DNA of 64,000 nucleotides, from assembly GCA_024704765.1 (NCBI GenBank), contig JAKMXF010000365.1:124001-188000 (forward strand). The letters run 5' to 3'. Below, one piece after another: positions 1 to 11,037 of the stretch. Under the pieces are notes generated by a model. That model had not been told where the DNA came from, did not search any database, and worked only from the letters and a program-made list of their open reading frames with translations. Within the stretch, counting starts at the first letter, position 1; each line of letters opens with the position of its first letter. The DNA is from Oopsacas minuta (lineage: Eukaryota; Animalia; Porifera). The position numbers and the translations under genes were made by a program.

Positions 1-1
1 C

Positions 2-970
2 CACCACAATGCACCACCACCTCGAGAACTGAGGTTCTTGTGTGATACACAAGACCTCGAGGAAAGCATCGCTTGTCTGGGAGAAATAACCCAACATGAG
101 ATATCTCCTATCCCTCCTCCTATGCTTGAAATCCCAGATTATGCTACATTCCAAAAACCCATTGTTGCTGTTGGGAAATTTGGATCAGGACAGGGAGAGC
201 TCAAATACCCAGCTGGTATTTCCATCGAGACAGAATCTGGACACATTTATGTGGCAGATGGTGGCAACGAAAGAATCCAAATATTCTCTCAGACAGGAGA
301 CTATCTAAACGAATTCAGAGATCAACACCTGGAGAGTCCATGGGGTATCCTAATACATGAGGACAACATTTATGTCACAGACATAGGACATCACGCTATC
401 TTCCTATTCAAGCTACCAGACCTAACTATGATAAAGCGAGTAGGTAAGAGAGGATCTGGTAGTAAACAGTTCAATAATCCTGGACAACCCGCCATCTCTC
501 TTAACCATCACCTTTATGTACCAGATTGTAACAACAACAGACTACAAATACTAACAACTAATCTGGTATTTAAAGACACGCTAGAACACAAAACCATGAG
601 CGAACCTGAGGATGTTAAATTCACAAAAAATGAAATATTTGTGTTGAGTAGAAGTGACAATCCGTGTATACACGTGTATACTCTCTCAGGAGAGAAGTCC
701 CGCTCCTTAGTTACTGGAGGAGGAATAGGAATGAAATTTCAAGGAGCATACTTCTTCTGTTTGGATAGACACAATAACATTGTCATTAGCGACTGCTCTG
801 CTAACCAAATCAAAGTATTCTCACCAGAAGGAGACCTCCTACACAGGATAGGACAGGAAGGACACAAAGCTGGAATGTTGTTCTCCCCTAGAGGCATAGC
901 AATACATAACACAAAACTTATTTTTGTATCTAATAACAGAAATTTTCGTTTACAAATATTTTCTTCATAA
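2..970 (+). CDS. NHL-repeat beta-propeller protein (TRIM71/NHL-like C-terminus), 5'-truncated by window edge
   Basis: Open frame from base 2 (HHNAPPPRELRFLCDTQDLEE...). Repeated NHL blades (YPAGISIE..IYVADGGNERIQIF, PWGILI..IYVTD, PRGIAI). Near-identical inverted paralog at 15434-16685. Confidence 0.9.
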   Translation, partial: HHNAPPPRELRFLCDTQDLEESIACLGEITQHEISPIPPPMLEIPDYATFQKPIVAVGKFGSGQGELKYPAGISIETESGHIYVADGGNERIQIFSQTGDYLNEFRDQHLESPWGILIHEDNIYVTDIGHHAIFLFKLPDLTMIKRVGKRGSGSKQFNNPGQPAISLNHHLYVPDCNNNRLQILTTNLVFKDTLEHKTMSEPEDVKFTKNEIFVLSRSDNPCIHVYTLSGEKSRSLVTGGGIGMKFQGAYFFCLDRHNNIVISDCSANQIKVFSPEGDLLHRIGQEGHKAGMLFSPRGIAIHNTKLIFVSNNRNFRLQIFSS

Positions 971-1180
971 TTCCTGTGCTTAATATTAATAATATTTCTT
1001 AATTAAATTATCCTATAATTAGTTACCTCTAAAATAAGTAGAATAGTAGACCAATGATACCATCCCTCCCTGAGGGGTGTAGCCAAATACCAACGAGGTA
1101 ATCATGGAAACTGGGACATAACACCTCACAGAAGCACGTTAGGGAGTTGGTGAATATATTAATGTATAGAATGCTATGAT

Positions 1181-1812
1181 TCATGGTATGTAGTATGTCA
1201 AAGGTGTTATAATATGAATAATCACAAACTTTTGAAGTTCCACAAGTTGTTTCTCTCTAGCATTATTCCAGTCTAACAGTTGATTGGTCTCATCGTACTC
1301 TTTTATCACTAGTTCCAATTGTTCACGCATTAATGTTAATTCGTGCTCCAACTGATTAGCTCTAATCTCATAGTCAATTTTGTTGTCATGTTCTTGAGAG
1401 AGACTCTTGTCTAAAGATTGGTTCCTGTTCATTAGTTCTGATACCAGTTGTTTTACTTGTTGATATTCTTCTGTTGATTGTACTAGTTCTACTATGCTGT
1501 CCTATTGGGAAGATAAACAAGTAAACAAGTAAACAAACAAACAAACAAACAAACAAACAAACCAACAAACCAACCAAACAAACAAACAAACAAAACAAAC
1601 AAACAAACAACCTCTACATGACTCATATCGGTCCCCGATTCAATTACTCGAATTCTAACAGATTCTAAAAATTCCATAAAGCTAGATTCCATCTGTTCAC
1701 AGGTGTCAAGTGATTGTCCCTGGCAGTCCACAAGTTTAGAGAGAGAGGTAGAGGTGTGAAGTGGACTGTACTCCAAAACCTCTTCATCCATGGGGAAAGT
1801 TTGTTTGCTCAT
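1181..1812 (-). CDS. Probable two-exon (or longer) coiled-coil protein of unknown function
   Basis: Exon 1812-1612 (MSKQTFPMDEE...SHVE), a GT..AG intron 1611-1502 full of GTTT repeats, then an in-frame exon from 1501 (DSIVELVQSTEEYQQVKQL...ELEHELTLMREQLE). The 3' end is uncertain. Confidence 0.55.
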
Positions 1813-1946
1813 AGTTGACTAACCATCTATGATTAGTTCAAATAGGTGATAGTTCCATATTCCATATATAATAGAAGTAATTGGAACTATACAATTGTAA
1901 TTAATAAATAATAACAAAAAAATGTGAAAATATGTAAATGAATAAT

Positions 1947-4900
1947 CTATAAAGTGAATATTAGCCTGTTACCAATTCTCTTCGGTTGTGACACATATTG
2001 CCCGCCTTTTGTATACACAAATTCCACAAATATCTTTTCTCCATCTTTTCCAGATATTTGAATCTCATTTCGGATTAACACGGGGAGATTCCTATTGGTC
2101 AATTCACGTACAGCTACTGATGTTTTGGCGACAACTTCAATCAGATGAGGACACATGAAAATAAGGTCTCCTTTCAAAGGGGTCGATTTAGTGACCGTGG
2201 GGAGTGAGCTCAAATGTAAGATGAAACAACCATCCGAATAAGTAGAAACTGAAATTTGTTTAAGAGTGTGAAGTGTGAACTGTTGTAAAAGTTTAAAGTT
2301 AGTTGGGTCGATTAATAACACATCCTGCCTCGTGACAACCAAAATTCGTTCTTGGAATTTACCATTCGTACGGTTAACTTTCAAAACATTTGAGTCCCAA
2401 ACAATGGGCGTGAATCCACCCGTTTGGAGTGCGATACGTTTCCATTTTACATTGGTAGATAGCCCCAAACGGTCACCTTGAAAGGACAAAGGGATCGATT
2501 TAGGGTAGGAGGCCTTTTTCCGACGAAATATGTTATTCGCTAATAATTTTTCCTTCATTTGTAATAAATGAGGCGGGTTGCGTAGTAACATTCCTCTGTA
2601 CAACTCGCATCTCCAAGAATGAAATAGTTTAAAAAGAATGTCAGAAGTTTCCCGCATAAACCTTGGGGAATCTGGCCAATCAAATCGCACTGGAGAGAGA
2701 GATGGCAGGTTCCTTGCTAACCGCGTTAAGTATAAATAGCGACACAAGTTTAAGAAAAATCTTTGGATTAACACTTTTGCATTTCCAGAAAAACTAAATT
2801 TGAATTGTTTACGAATTCTCCAACCGCGGAAATAACTTGATATAATAGTAACAGCTGATATCCTAGCGTTCTCTTCTAACACCCAATAGTACCAATTTCT
2901 TGTTTGGTACCCCTTGGCGTATTTACTAATTACATTAGCAGAAGTGCGAAGGGTTAAAAAATTTTTTCTCTGACAAAAGGCGCGGAAATTTGAGGAAATA
3001 ATTATCTGACTTTTGCGGATATTTTGGAATTGAACGCGCGCGCGCCATCCTTTGAAATATTTTTGTAAAATAATCGCGGCTTTTGAAAATGAGATTTCTC
3101 TAACTTTCTGTAAGATCGCTACCGAATCAGCTGATGAGAAAAACACCTTTGATTTACCGATTATATAATCACATTCTGGTATACTAAATCCAAGCATTAT
3201 CCGTTTGCATGTCTGATGCGGTTTTTCGTTTCTATAGCAACCAGCTATACTCTGGTATTTGCTAATAAAATCCGTAATTTTCTCTGAATATTTAAAACCG
3301 TATTTTTGTAATTTTATGATTTCTGTTAAATTCATATATCTTACTTGCTCAGTCACGAATTTCCTATCAAACAAATTCAATTCGTGGTTCGCATTCGCCT
3401 TCAGGCAGTGGACAGTGAAAATTTCACTTCCCTTGATCGCAGTGATGATATCATTAAGTAACTGACTGGTCTGTCGGAGAACAGACTTCACTTTATCTTT
3501 TCTATCAAATTTACCAGCCAAAGCAGGGTGTTGACAGTTATACATTATCTCAGTTATGTTAAACGAGGTTCTGTCAAGATTTTTCTGTTTGAAACTGGTT
3601 ACGTCATATGTGACTTGTCCCAAATGGTGTTTGATTCTAAAACAGTTATTTGAAGCTCTAACACTAATCGCGATGCCACTAGAGAATAAATGAGAATTGC
3701 CACAATTAGAATTGAGGTTTTTTATGATAACTTTTGGGTCTACTGTCTTTTGAATACAAGTGGCATCGATAATTGGTAGAATACCGCGAAAATTATCCAA
3801 CATTAGGTGGCACACATTGAAGTTGTCGAAGGGGTCGACAGACACCTTTCCGATGCCCTCTTTCTCAAATTCTGCCTGTTTGTCACGGATAATGAATGAC
3901 GTAAGCATATTATTAATCTTCTCAAACGAAAAGTTAACTAATAAACTTTCAAAATTTGCTTCATTTGTATTGTCAAAACCAGGAATTTCTAAAACTTTTA
4001 ATAATTTCACACCTTTCAAATCTGCATTTTTCTTATTGTTAATTTTGGTGATTAACCAATCGATTAGTTTCGTATAAAGCCCTCTAGCTAATGTGTCACA
4101 AACCACTCGCGATTGCTCAACTGTTAATGTATTCTTAATATGCCTGCCTGTCTTTGTTTGTAAGGTCACGTGTGTAAGGGCATCACCTAATTTACCTACT
4201 TGCGCGCCTAATAATGTTGAAATATTCATCAGCTGATCTTGATTCGACACCTCACAAGTTGTCAATCCCGTTTGAACAAACTCTAAATCTCCCACCAATA
4301 AAATGGCGGACAATAGCTCTAAAATAGATGCGATTACGTCACAATCAAATCCACATTCCTTAAATACTTTCATCATCATCTCGTAACCCTTTGTCGCATT
4401 AATTTCCGCGCCTAAATTCTTCTGAACTTTCAAATATTTCCCGCTTAGCCCGCTCAAAAATAGTTCATTGATCGTTTCATTTGGCGCCCCTTTAGCTAAC
4501 AAATAGAAAATATGAAAATTGAATCCATTTCTTGAAGTCACACGAAATGTGTCGAGTAAAAAGTGTCGCAAAATTTCATATGCGATTATTTTGCCGGAAG
4601 AATCAAAGTAAAAAGCGCCTAATTTGACAGACTGCGTGGCGTTATAACTAATGGATGTTATCGCATGTGTGAAGGTGTCAAGAAGCGTGCTTAGATACGT
4701 ATGTGGAGAATGGAATGTTTGCAATAAACTCTTACAAATATCTGATTTCCCTGAAGCGGATATTCCAGTAAAAATAAGTGAGAGAGAATTACTATTTGAG
4801 GCTTGAATCTGATTGGTTAAGTGTGTAGCTTCATGTTGTAGATGTTGAGAAGTGGTCGAGTCTGAACCGACACTAATTAAGGTGTTAGTTCCAATTCTAG

Positions 4901-4979
4901 ATATGAGAGTACCTTCAAGATAAAGTTCCTCCAAATACATACATAGTTCTTGTAAATTTGTTTGTGTTAGTTCTGCCAT
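1947..4979 (-). CDS. Divergent, intronless class-I-like myosin (motor domain, about 4 IQ motifs, TH1/PH-like tail)
   Basis: 1010-aa ORF from ATG 4979. P-loop-like GISASGKS, FHIFYLL, F.IKHHLGQVTY, IQ motifs (ILQKYFKGWRAR, ISSYFRGWRIR) and a TH1-like KVNRTNGKFQERILVVT. Confidence 0.85.
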   Translation of the reverse strand: MAELTQTNLQELCMYLEELYLEGTLISRIGTNTLISVGSDSTTSQHLQHEATHLTNQIQASNSNSLSLIFTGISASGKSDICKSLLQTFHSPHTYLSTLLDTFTHAITSISYNATQSVKLGAFYFDSSGKIIAYEILRHFLLDTFRVTSRNGFNFHIFYLLAKGAPNETINELFLSGLSGKYLKVQKNLGAEINATKGYEMMMKVFKECGFDCDVIASILELLSAILLVGDLEFVQTGLTTCEVSNQDQLMNISTLLGAQVGKLGDALTHVTLQTKTGRHIKNTLTVEQSRVVCDTLARGLYTKLIDWLITKINNKKNADLKGVKLLKVLEIPGFDNTNEANFESLLVNFSFEKINNMLTSFIIRDKQAEFEKEGIGKVSVDPFDNFNVCHLMLDNFRGILPIIDATCIQKTVDPKVIIKNLNSNCGNSHLFSSGIAISVRASNNCFRIKHHLGQVTYDVTSFKQKNLDRTSFNITEIMYNCQHPALAGKFDRKDKVKSVLRQTSQLLNDIITAIKGSEIFTVHCLKANANHELNLFDRKFVTEQVRYMNLTEIIKLQKYGFKYSEKITDFISKYQSIAGCYRNEKPHQTCKRIMLGFSIPECDYIIGKSKVFFSSADSVAILQKVREISFSKAAIILQKYFKGWRARVQFQNIRKSQIIISSNFRAFCQRKNFLTLRTSANVISKYAKGYQTRNWYYWVLEENARISAVTIISSYFRGWRIRKQFKFSFSGNAKVLIQRFFLNLCRYLYLTRLARNLPSLSPVRFDWPDSPRFMRETSDILFKLFHSWRCELYRGMLLRNPPHLLQMKEKLLANNIFRRKKASYPKSIPLSFQGDRLGLSTNVKWKRIALQTGGFTPIVWDSNVLKVNRTNGKFQERILVVTRQDVLLIDPTNFKLLQQFTLHTLKQISVSTYSDGCFILHLSSLPTVTKSTPLKGDLIFMCPHLIEVVAKTSVAVRELTNRNLPVLIRNEIQISGKDGEKIFVEFVYTKGGQYVSQPKRIGNRLIFTL

Positions 4980-5135
4980 AAACAACTAATCTCACACAAA
5001 TAATTAACAAAAATAAACAAACTCAAAATCTGTTTTCACTGTAACTACAGAGGTGTTATAATATGATTAATCATATGTATAGAGTGACATTTCACTTCAC
5101 TTCGGGGCAAAGAATTTGACAAGATTAACCGGAAG

Positions 5136-5471
5136 TTCAGAGCGGGATATAAATAAATTCAGGGGGGATATAAATAAAATCAAGCGGGATATAAATAAAT
5201 TCAGAGCGGGATATAAATAAATTCAGAGCGGGATATAAATAAATTCAGAGCGGGATATAAATAAAATCAGGCGGGATATAAATAAAATCAAGCGGGATAT
5301 AAATAAAATCAGGCGGGATATAAATACATTTTAGGCGGGATATAAATAAAATCAGGCGGGATATAAATAAATTCAGAGCGGGATATAAATAAAATCAGGC
5401 GGGATATAAATAAATTTTAGGCGGGATATAAATAAAATCAGGCGGGATATGAACAAGTTTAGGCGGGATAT
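5136..5471. repeat. Minisatellite, about 16 units of 21-22 bp (consensus AGGCGGGATATAAATAAAATC)
   Basis: Tandem units are directly visible. Confidence 0.95.
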
Positions 5472-5702
5472 TGGTGAATTAGGCAGGTAAACCAGTGGCC
5501 CTATTAACCGGAACCTACTATATTTTAGAGTCGATTTGGTGCATTGACCCAATTTTACCACGCTCTGTGTACCCCTGCTGTGTCCGTGGACTACCAAGTG
5601 GTCTATGGACCTGAGGTTGGAATGGCTGCAGAATTTCCATAAACATACAATAATTTTAAGCAATTATTGCATAATAATAATAATAATAATAATAATAATC
5701 AA

Positions 5703-5981
5703 TTACATTCGTTCCCAATTATGGTAAGACCTTGCCCTAGCGTCCGCTAGGTATAACTCTATCTTGTCAGTTAATTCCTCATCAAATACAAGATTAAACT
5801 GCATATCATTATGGAGGGTGTAGAAATGTCTCATTTCTTGGTACATATCACACCTTATCATTAAGTCAAACCATTCCTTATAGAAATCTAAATCTGGATA
5901 GACAGGTGGTTTTGTGTATTGTGTCAGAGTGCGCCATTCTAGTAGCAATTTGTGTTGCTTTTCGTAGAGAATTTCATCCAT
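5703..5981 (-). CDS. Possible 92-aa orphan protein
   Basis: ATG-initiated ORF with protein-like composition. No family recognised. Confidence 0.35.
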   Translation of the reverse strand: MDEILYEKQHKLLLEWRTLTQYTKPPVYPDLDFYKEWFDLMIRCDMYQEMRHFYTLHNDMQFNLVFDEELTDKIELYLADARARSYHNWERM

Positions 5982-6055
5982 CTCAGCTACAAATATATAC
6001 TCAAAAGTGTGAAAATGTTAATATTAATTACAAGAAAATGTGTTACAATATGGAA

Positions 6056-6286
6056 CTAACGTTTCGGGAGACACAACCAGGAGAAATACGAAATTTTCCT
6101 TCTGAATTTTTCTTCACCTATCTTTACAATATCATAACTCTCATCATCAGGATCTTCCGATATCTCTACCCCCGGGGGAAATAGAGGGAATGTTGCTTGA
6201 CAGCGAAGTGGCTGATAGGAATGTGACTTTATAACAGGTGTAGATATGTAAGGTAATCTTGTTAGAGTTTGAATGATACGAAACAT
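6056..6286 (-). CDS. Possible 76-aa orphan protein with a presequence-like N-terminus
   Basis: ATG ORF with an R/S/T-rich, acid-free N-terminus. No family recognised. Confidence 0.25.
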   Translation of the reverse strand: MFRIIQTLTRLPYISTPVIKSHSYQPLRCQATFPLFPPGVEISEDPDDESYDIVKIGEEKFRRKISYFSWLCLPKR

Positions 6287-6472
6287 GAAGGATTGCTAAT
6301 TAAAAATAGTTATATATGGAACTATAACACTTTATAGTTTCATTTCATGGTACCCCTGAGATAAGTATTGGCCCATTTTGGACCTTAACTCATAAATATG
6401 TATATAAAAGGCGCTAAAATTACTAATACAAAATACTAATTGAATTAACTACAATAGAATTCTAATTTGCAT

Positions 6473-9400
6473 TCATTTAACTTTCCCGCCTTTTTTCTTA
6501 ACAGCAGCCTCCTGATTGGTTGAAATCTCCTTAGCAACGTAAGGAATGTATTCTCTAAACTTTGTAGGCATAAATGGCTGCAGAGCTTCTGGGACTTTTA
6601 TGCCCGCCTCTGTTTGATAATTCTCTAAAATGGCACAAATTGTCCTTGTTGTGGCACACATAGTGGCATTCAACATGTGTACATAAGTGGCAGCTTCGTT
6701 CAATTTCTTCTGACCATATCTAGAGGAAACATATTTTGCGTTACCATGGTAACACAATGAATTCAAAAGTGAATCTAATAGATCGAACAATTCACACCTT
6801 TTCTCTGAGATGCATGAATATATCTCTTTGATATTTGAACACCATTCCTTAATTAATCACTTTCGACACATTTGTCAAATTTCAAGTCTCTATCTCTTAC
6901 AATTTGCTCAATAAAGCGTGTGAATTCTCACCTGATTAATAATCTTCTACTCTGCCAATCAGTGCAATTACTGCAAGAGACCAATTCCCTAAATTTCCCG
7001 CTTGAGGGGAACCAAGCTTCCAAATCATATTTCATCGCCGCAGCGTTATTCAGCTCTCCCGACACAATATTTACTACCTAGATACGAGATAAGTTCAATG
7101 GAATTATGATAAACAAGGCAGAAAGGGACAAGGAATATAACAGTGTCAGTTCAGCAGCCATAAAGGACACAAACTGTCAACCGTGAGACACAAATTAGCA
7201 CAGGTTTAATATGATTAATCGCCAAAAGGTGTAATAATTTCATACCCAAAACTAACTGCTAGATGGACACACTTACCCTATAAGGAATTCCTAACAACTT
7301 ATAGAAGCTCTCGGCATTTCCTATCATCTCATGAAACATTGTCCATGATTCATTCGGTGATGTTATACAGAACTGTTCGATTTTATTGAACTGATGGACG
7401 CGGAATATGCCGAGCATGTCTCTGCCATGTGAACCAACTTCCTGTCTGAAACAAGTAGAAATACCCGCGTAACGAATTGGGAGTGATTTAGTTGGTAACC
7501 ATTCGTCACGATGGAATGCAGCGATAGTCTGTTCACTTGTGGCTATTAGATATTTCTCCTCTATTTCCACGTCTTCCTTCACTTCACTACGCTTTCCGAC
7601 TACCTATGGAAAATACATACAATCAACTCCAGCCATATCGAAGTGTGAAAGTGTACAAATATGGCCCCAAACCGTCAAAGTAACATATATAGGATCGGTC
7701 TTTTGAGCTTCTATATAACGAGTATTGAATATGTTACTCTGACGGTTTGGGAGCATATTTGTACAATTTCACACTTTGATATAAGCGGGTATTTCGTATA
7801 TCCGTGTTAGATACAGCTGGAGTTAAAAATTGGGCTATTTTGACCAAAATATTCTTCACATGTGTGTATTTTTAGATATTTAACCATGGATGGTGGATTT
7901 AGTCAAGTATAAATTTCCTGTGTTCTAATGTCAAAGCCTCCCATCTGATTGGCTTAACTTTGGCCGCCAAAAGGTGTGAAAAATATCTACACCCATAAAT
8001 TCAGATTTATCAACCTTATATAATTCTTCATCAAATTGACTCAACTGTGCCACTTGCTGCATTACACCTTTCTTCATAAAAAATGGTGTTGATATAACTT
8101 CAAATCCTTTATCACCTAGTTCTCTAAGTGCTAATTGAATTAGTGCTTGTTCTAGGAACACTCCAGGGCCTTTAAGATAGTAACACCTAGATAATATATA
8201 AGGTGTAGTTACTTAAGGTGTTAAGTTAGGGTTATTGGGGAACTGGCTTGAGTCACAAACTTGAAACTTGTTGATAGTATAGAATATGATACTCATAGGT
8301 AATATTTCAAATATCTAAGAGAAATATCAAAAACTCTCTCTGAGATGGGTAACAAAGTTCTCCTAGTGTCTGGAAGAAGGACCAGCCCTGTGTGATCCAC
8401 TGAATATGTTAAAATTGACATAAAGGTGTCAACGGGTGATGAAATGTTACCTTGAGCCTGAGACTAGACTTCCTCTATGTAAATCAACAGCATCAATCAT
8501 TTCGATAAGGTCTACGTGTGAATGTTTATATCTGACAGAGCAATCGCCAAATGTTCTCTCTATCTTATTATTTTCCTCATCATCTGATATTATTACGTCA
8601 GGATGTAAGAGATTTCCTAGTTCAGAGAAGAGGACTTCTCTTTCCCTTTCCGTTTCCTGTAATATTGCAGACAGTAGAACGAGGGAAGTATTAATTTAGT
8701 GGGACAGCCGGGACATAGCATATTTAAATTAAACTGGAATGTAAGGTTTCCTCCAGTTTTGGCGGGATATTAGCCTCAATACTTATCAGGAAGGGCGCCA
8801 AAACCGGAATAGTTGGCAAGTATAAGAATTTTGCCCGCCAAAACGCGCCAAATTTGTTTTGTCTGGTTTTTGGTAGGTGAGATTAGGCGGGAAATAATAC
8901 AAACCATAAGTTTTTCATTATTGCTTTTCATTTCCAATTCAACCTTTGCAACTAATTTCTTCAAAACAGTTACATTTAGAACTGAAACTAATTCTTTGTT
9001 TAGTTCCGATAACTTCAGAATAATATCCTCAGGAATTTGATCCCCTTCCTCTCCCATTGGTCCTTTGGTCTTCATTAAGTCTCCAATCTATATTAAACGA
9101 ATATAATTATATTATTGCACCATGGATAATTTAAATTTCTCAAAGTATTCATGGTTGAGGCAAATACTTATTACCTCAAATAGTAACTAGGGTGGAAATG
9201 AATTTCTAACACCTTTGGACAGGGGACATAACATATAATCACATACTACATAGCATGAATCATAGCATTCTATACATGAATATGTTCACCAACTCCCTAA
9301 CGTGCTTCTGTGACGTGCTATGTCCCAGTTTCCATGGTTACCGCGTTGGTATTAGCTACACCCTTCAGCGAGGAGAAGGGCGGGCGGGTATTACCTGTGT

Positions 9401-9613
9401 ACACACGATCCTCTTTACTTTATTCCAGTTATCTCCAGAAAACCTCAGTTTTCTCCATAATGTGTCCAATTCGATTATCTTGTCAACACCTTCAACACTT
9501 TTAAATCTCTTCTTTTGGTTTTCCCGCACTAATTCTGGTTTCCCGCCTTTATCAGCTCTTAAGAGATCAAACTCGAGTGATGGAATGTCTGGAATGTTGA
9601 TGTTAGTTGCCAT
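6473..9613 (-). CDS. SARS1: Cytosolic seryl-tRNA synthetase, about 7 exons
   Basis: Exons approx. 9613-9395, 9087-8914, 8655-8455, 8187-8015, 7605-7277, 7078-6931, 6720-6473. Motifs [81 protein letters not shown]. Confidence 0.97.
7624..7815. mobile_element. MITE family A, two head-to-head partial copies in a SARS1 intron
   Basis: Core GTTACTTTGACGGTTTGGGACCATATTTGTACAATTTCACACTTCGATA is present in both orientations and shared with at least 7 other loci. Confidence 0.75.
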
Positions 9614-9886
9614 AGAAACTAATTAAAGTATGGTAATTGATTCTTGGCGGAAGATTGCAAAATTGGCGCCCAAATCTGGATGTCCAGACAGATTGTCAAT
9701 TATATTAAGGTGTCAGAACTGTAGTGTGAAAATTGACACCTTTTAAGTGGGTAACCCAGTAACTGAACCATGAATAATCAAAATATGAGAATACATAACA
9801 TTACCACCATCTGTTGTTAAGGAAGAGATATTTCAAATAGTAAGATATACGAATATTAATCCATGGTTCAAATTGCAGATATAAGT

Positions 9887-10485
9887 TCAGTCATCATCAG
9901 AATCTGAATCAACTTTTCTTCGTTGGAATTTCACTTTTGTGTCACTTTTCATTTGAGAATTGAATCTTTCTAATAAATCAATTAATTGAGCCTCAGTCAG
10001 TTTATCCATTATCTAGAAATATGAGGAATTGGAAAGAGATAGGAATTTGAAATTAGGCAAGCAGGTGTGAAATTATATGATAATGTAACTTGTAAAATAT
10101 CTAAACAAAATATTCATAAATCTCTGAGAAAAGGTGACAAACGTCCTCGAGGGTGCAAATATGTACCTTAATATTTGTCCAATACACAAATTAGCCTATT
10201 TACACGCTATAATCTGATTGGTCGTTACAAAGAGAAACACACCTGTCCAGATTGCGCCATTCTCAATAGTTGTGTTTCCACAACTTTTGCTTTGTCTGGC
10301 TTAACTATTGCAATACTGTTAAGTCTAGCTCTAGCGTCCTGACTTAAAATCTGAGAGAGAAGCATGTTCTGCATTTCCTCTACTCGGGCCTTCTCCTCGC
10401 CCTCTTGCCCTTGGCGTTCTTTCTGTAGCTCAGACATGCGTTTAGCTCTGATTGCTTCTAATTCTGAGTCTGGAACTTCCGCCAT
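9887..10485 (-). CDS. PDCD5: Programmed cell death protein 5, 2 exons
   Basis: Exon 10485-10243 (ELEAIRAKRMSEL..LSQILSQDARARLNSIAIVKPDKAKVVE..LLRMAQSGQ) and exon 10012-9887 (IMDKLTEAQLIDLLE...VKFQRRKVDSDSDDD*). Confidence 0.95.
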
Positions 10486-10639
10486 TTTACTTCTAATTAT
10501 ATTCGTAATTGAGAATTGAAAATTTATATCTCAAAAACCATAACCGCAATCGATTAGGTCAAAAAAGCAAATAAGTAGCTGAGGACATGAACCTTCCTAG
10601 GAAACACTTTTGGGGACACTGTGTAGAAATTCGGGCGGG

Positions 10640-10880
10640 GAAATCCTAGGTTTGTACCCTATGATCCTATTTGAAATTATGATTGATACCTTAATAGTCA
10701 GAGTTCAATCAATAAAGTGTGAAAATCGTGTATTTGTAATAAATCATGAAATATTTTAAACAAGTGACCACGAATCGCGCCACCATTTCTAAATACCCGC
10801 GGGCTACTTGCTACACACAAGGGGTCGTGTCTGTGAAAAGCGCAGGAGTATATAATATGCCCTCTGCGGACATAACTCCA
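10640..10880 (-). pseudogene. Decayed, internally deleted DUS1L fragment
   Basis: About 10640-10730 matches about 13400-13490 (DUS1L 3' flank). About 10733-10880 matches about 14040-14210 (DUS1L coding), with indels. Confidence 0.85.
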
Positions 10881-11037
10881 TGTATCGAAGTAATCATTAC
10901 GGTACTTTCGCTAAGATATAACCGATGTAACAATGATTAGTAAATATGTGAATATATGTTACTTTGATGGTTTTGGATCATATTTGTACAAATTAACACT
11001 TCGATATATCCGTGTTAGATATAACCAGAGTTGACTG
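10871..11037. mobile_element. MITE family A copy
   Basis: Family A core, ending AACCAGAGTTGACTG. Confidence 0.7.

Noticed and set aside
1386-1610. ORFs rich in FVCL repeats (also 42170-42397, the tail of 42243-42644, 43142-43423, 43742-43972)
   Set aside because: These are translations of intronic (GTTT)n microsatellites, not proteins.
2275-4077. Plus-strand ORFs overlapping the myosin, and similar antisense ORFs over SARS1, the NHL genes, DUS1L and the bZIP
   Set aside because: Shadow ORFs opposite well-supported genes, with no motifs.
5136-5471. CRISPR-like repeat, and ORF 5373-5663
   Set aside because: Contiguous units without unique spacers make it a minisatellite. The ORF merely runs into the repeat.
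6721-6790. N-terminal part of ORF 6473-6790 ([17 protein letters not shown]...)
   Set aside because: This is intron sequence. The real exon starts at the AG near 6720 (R-YGQKK).
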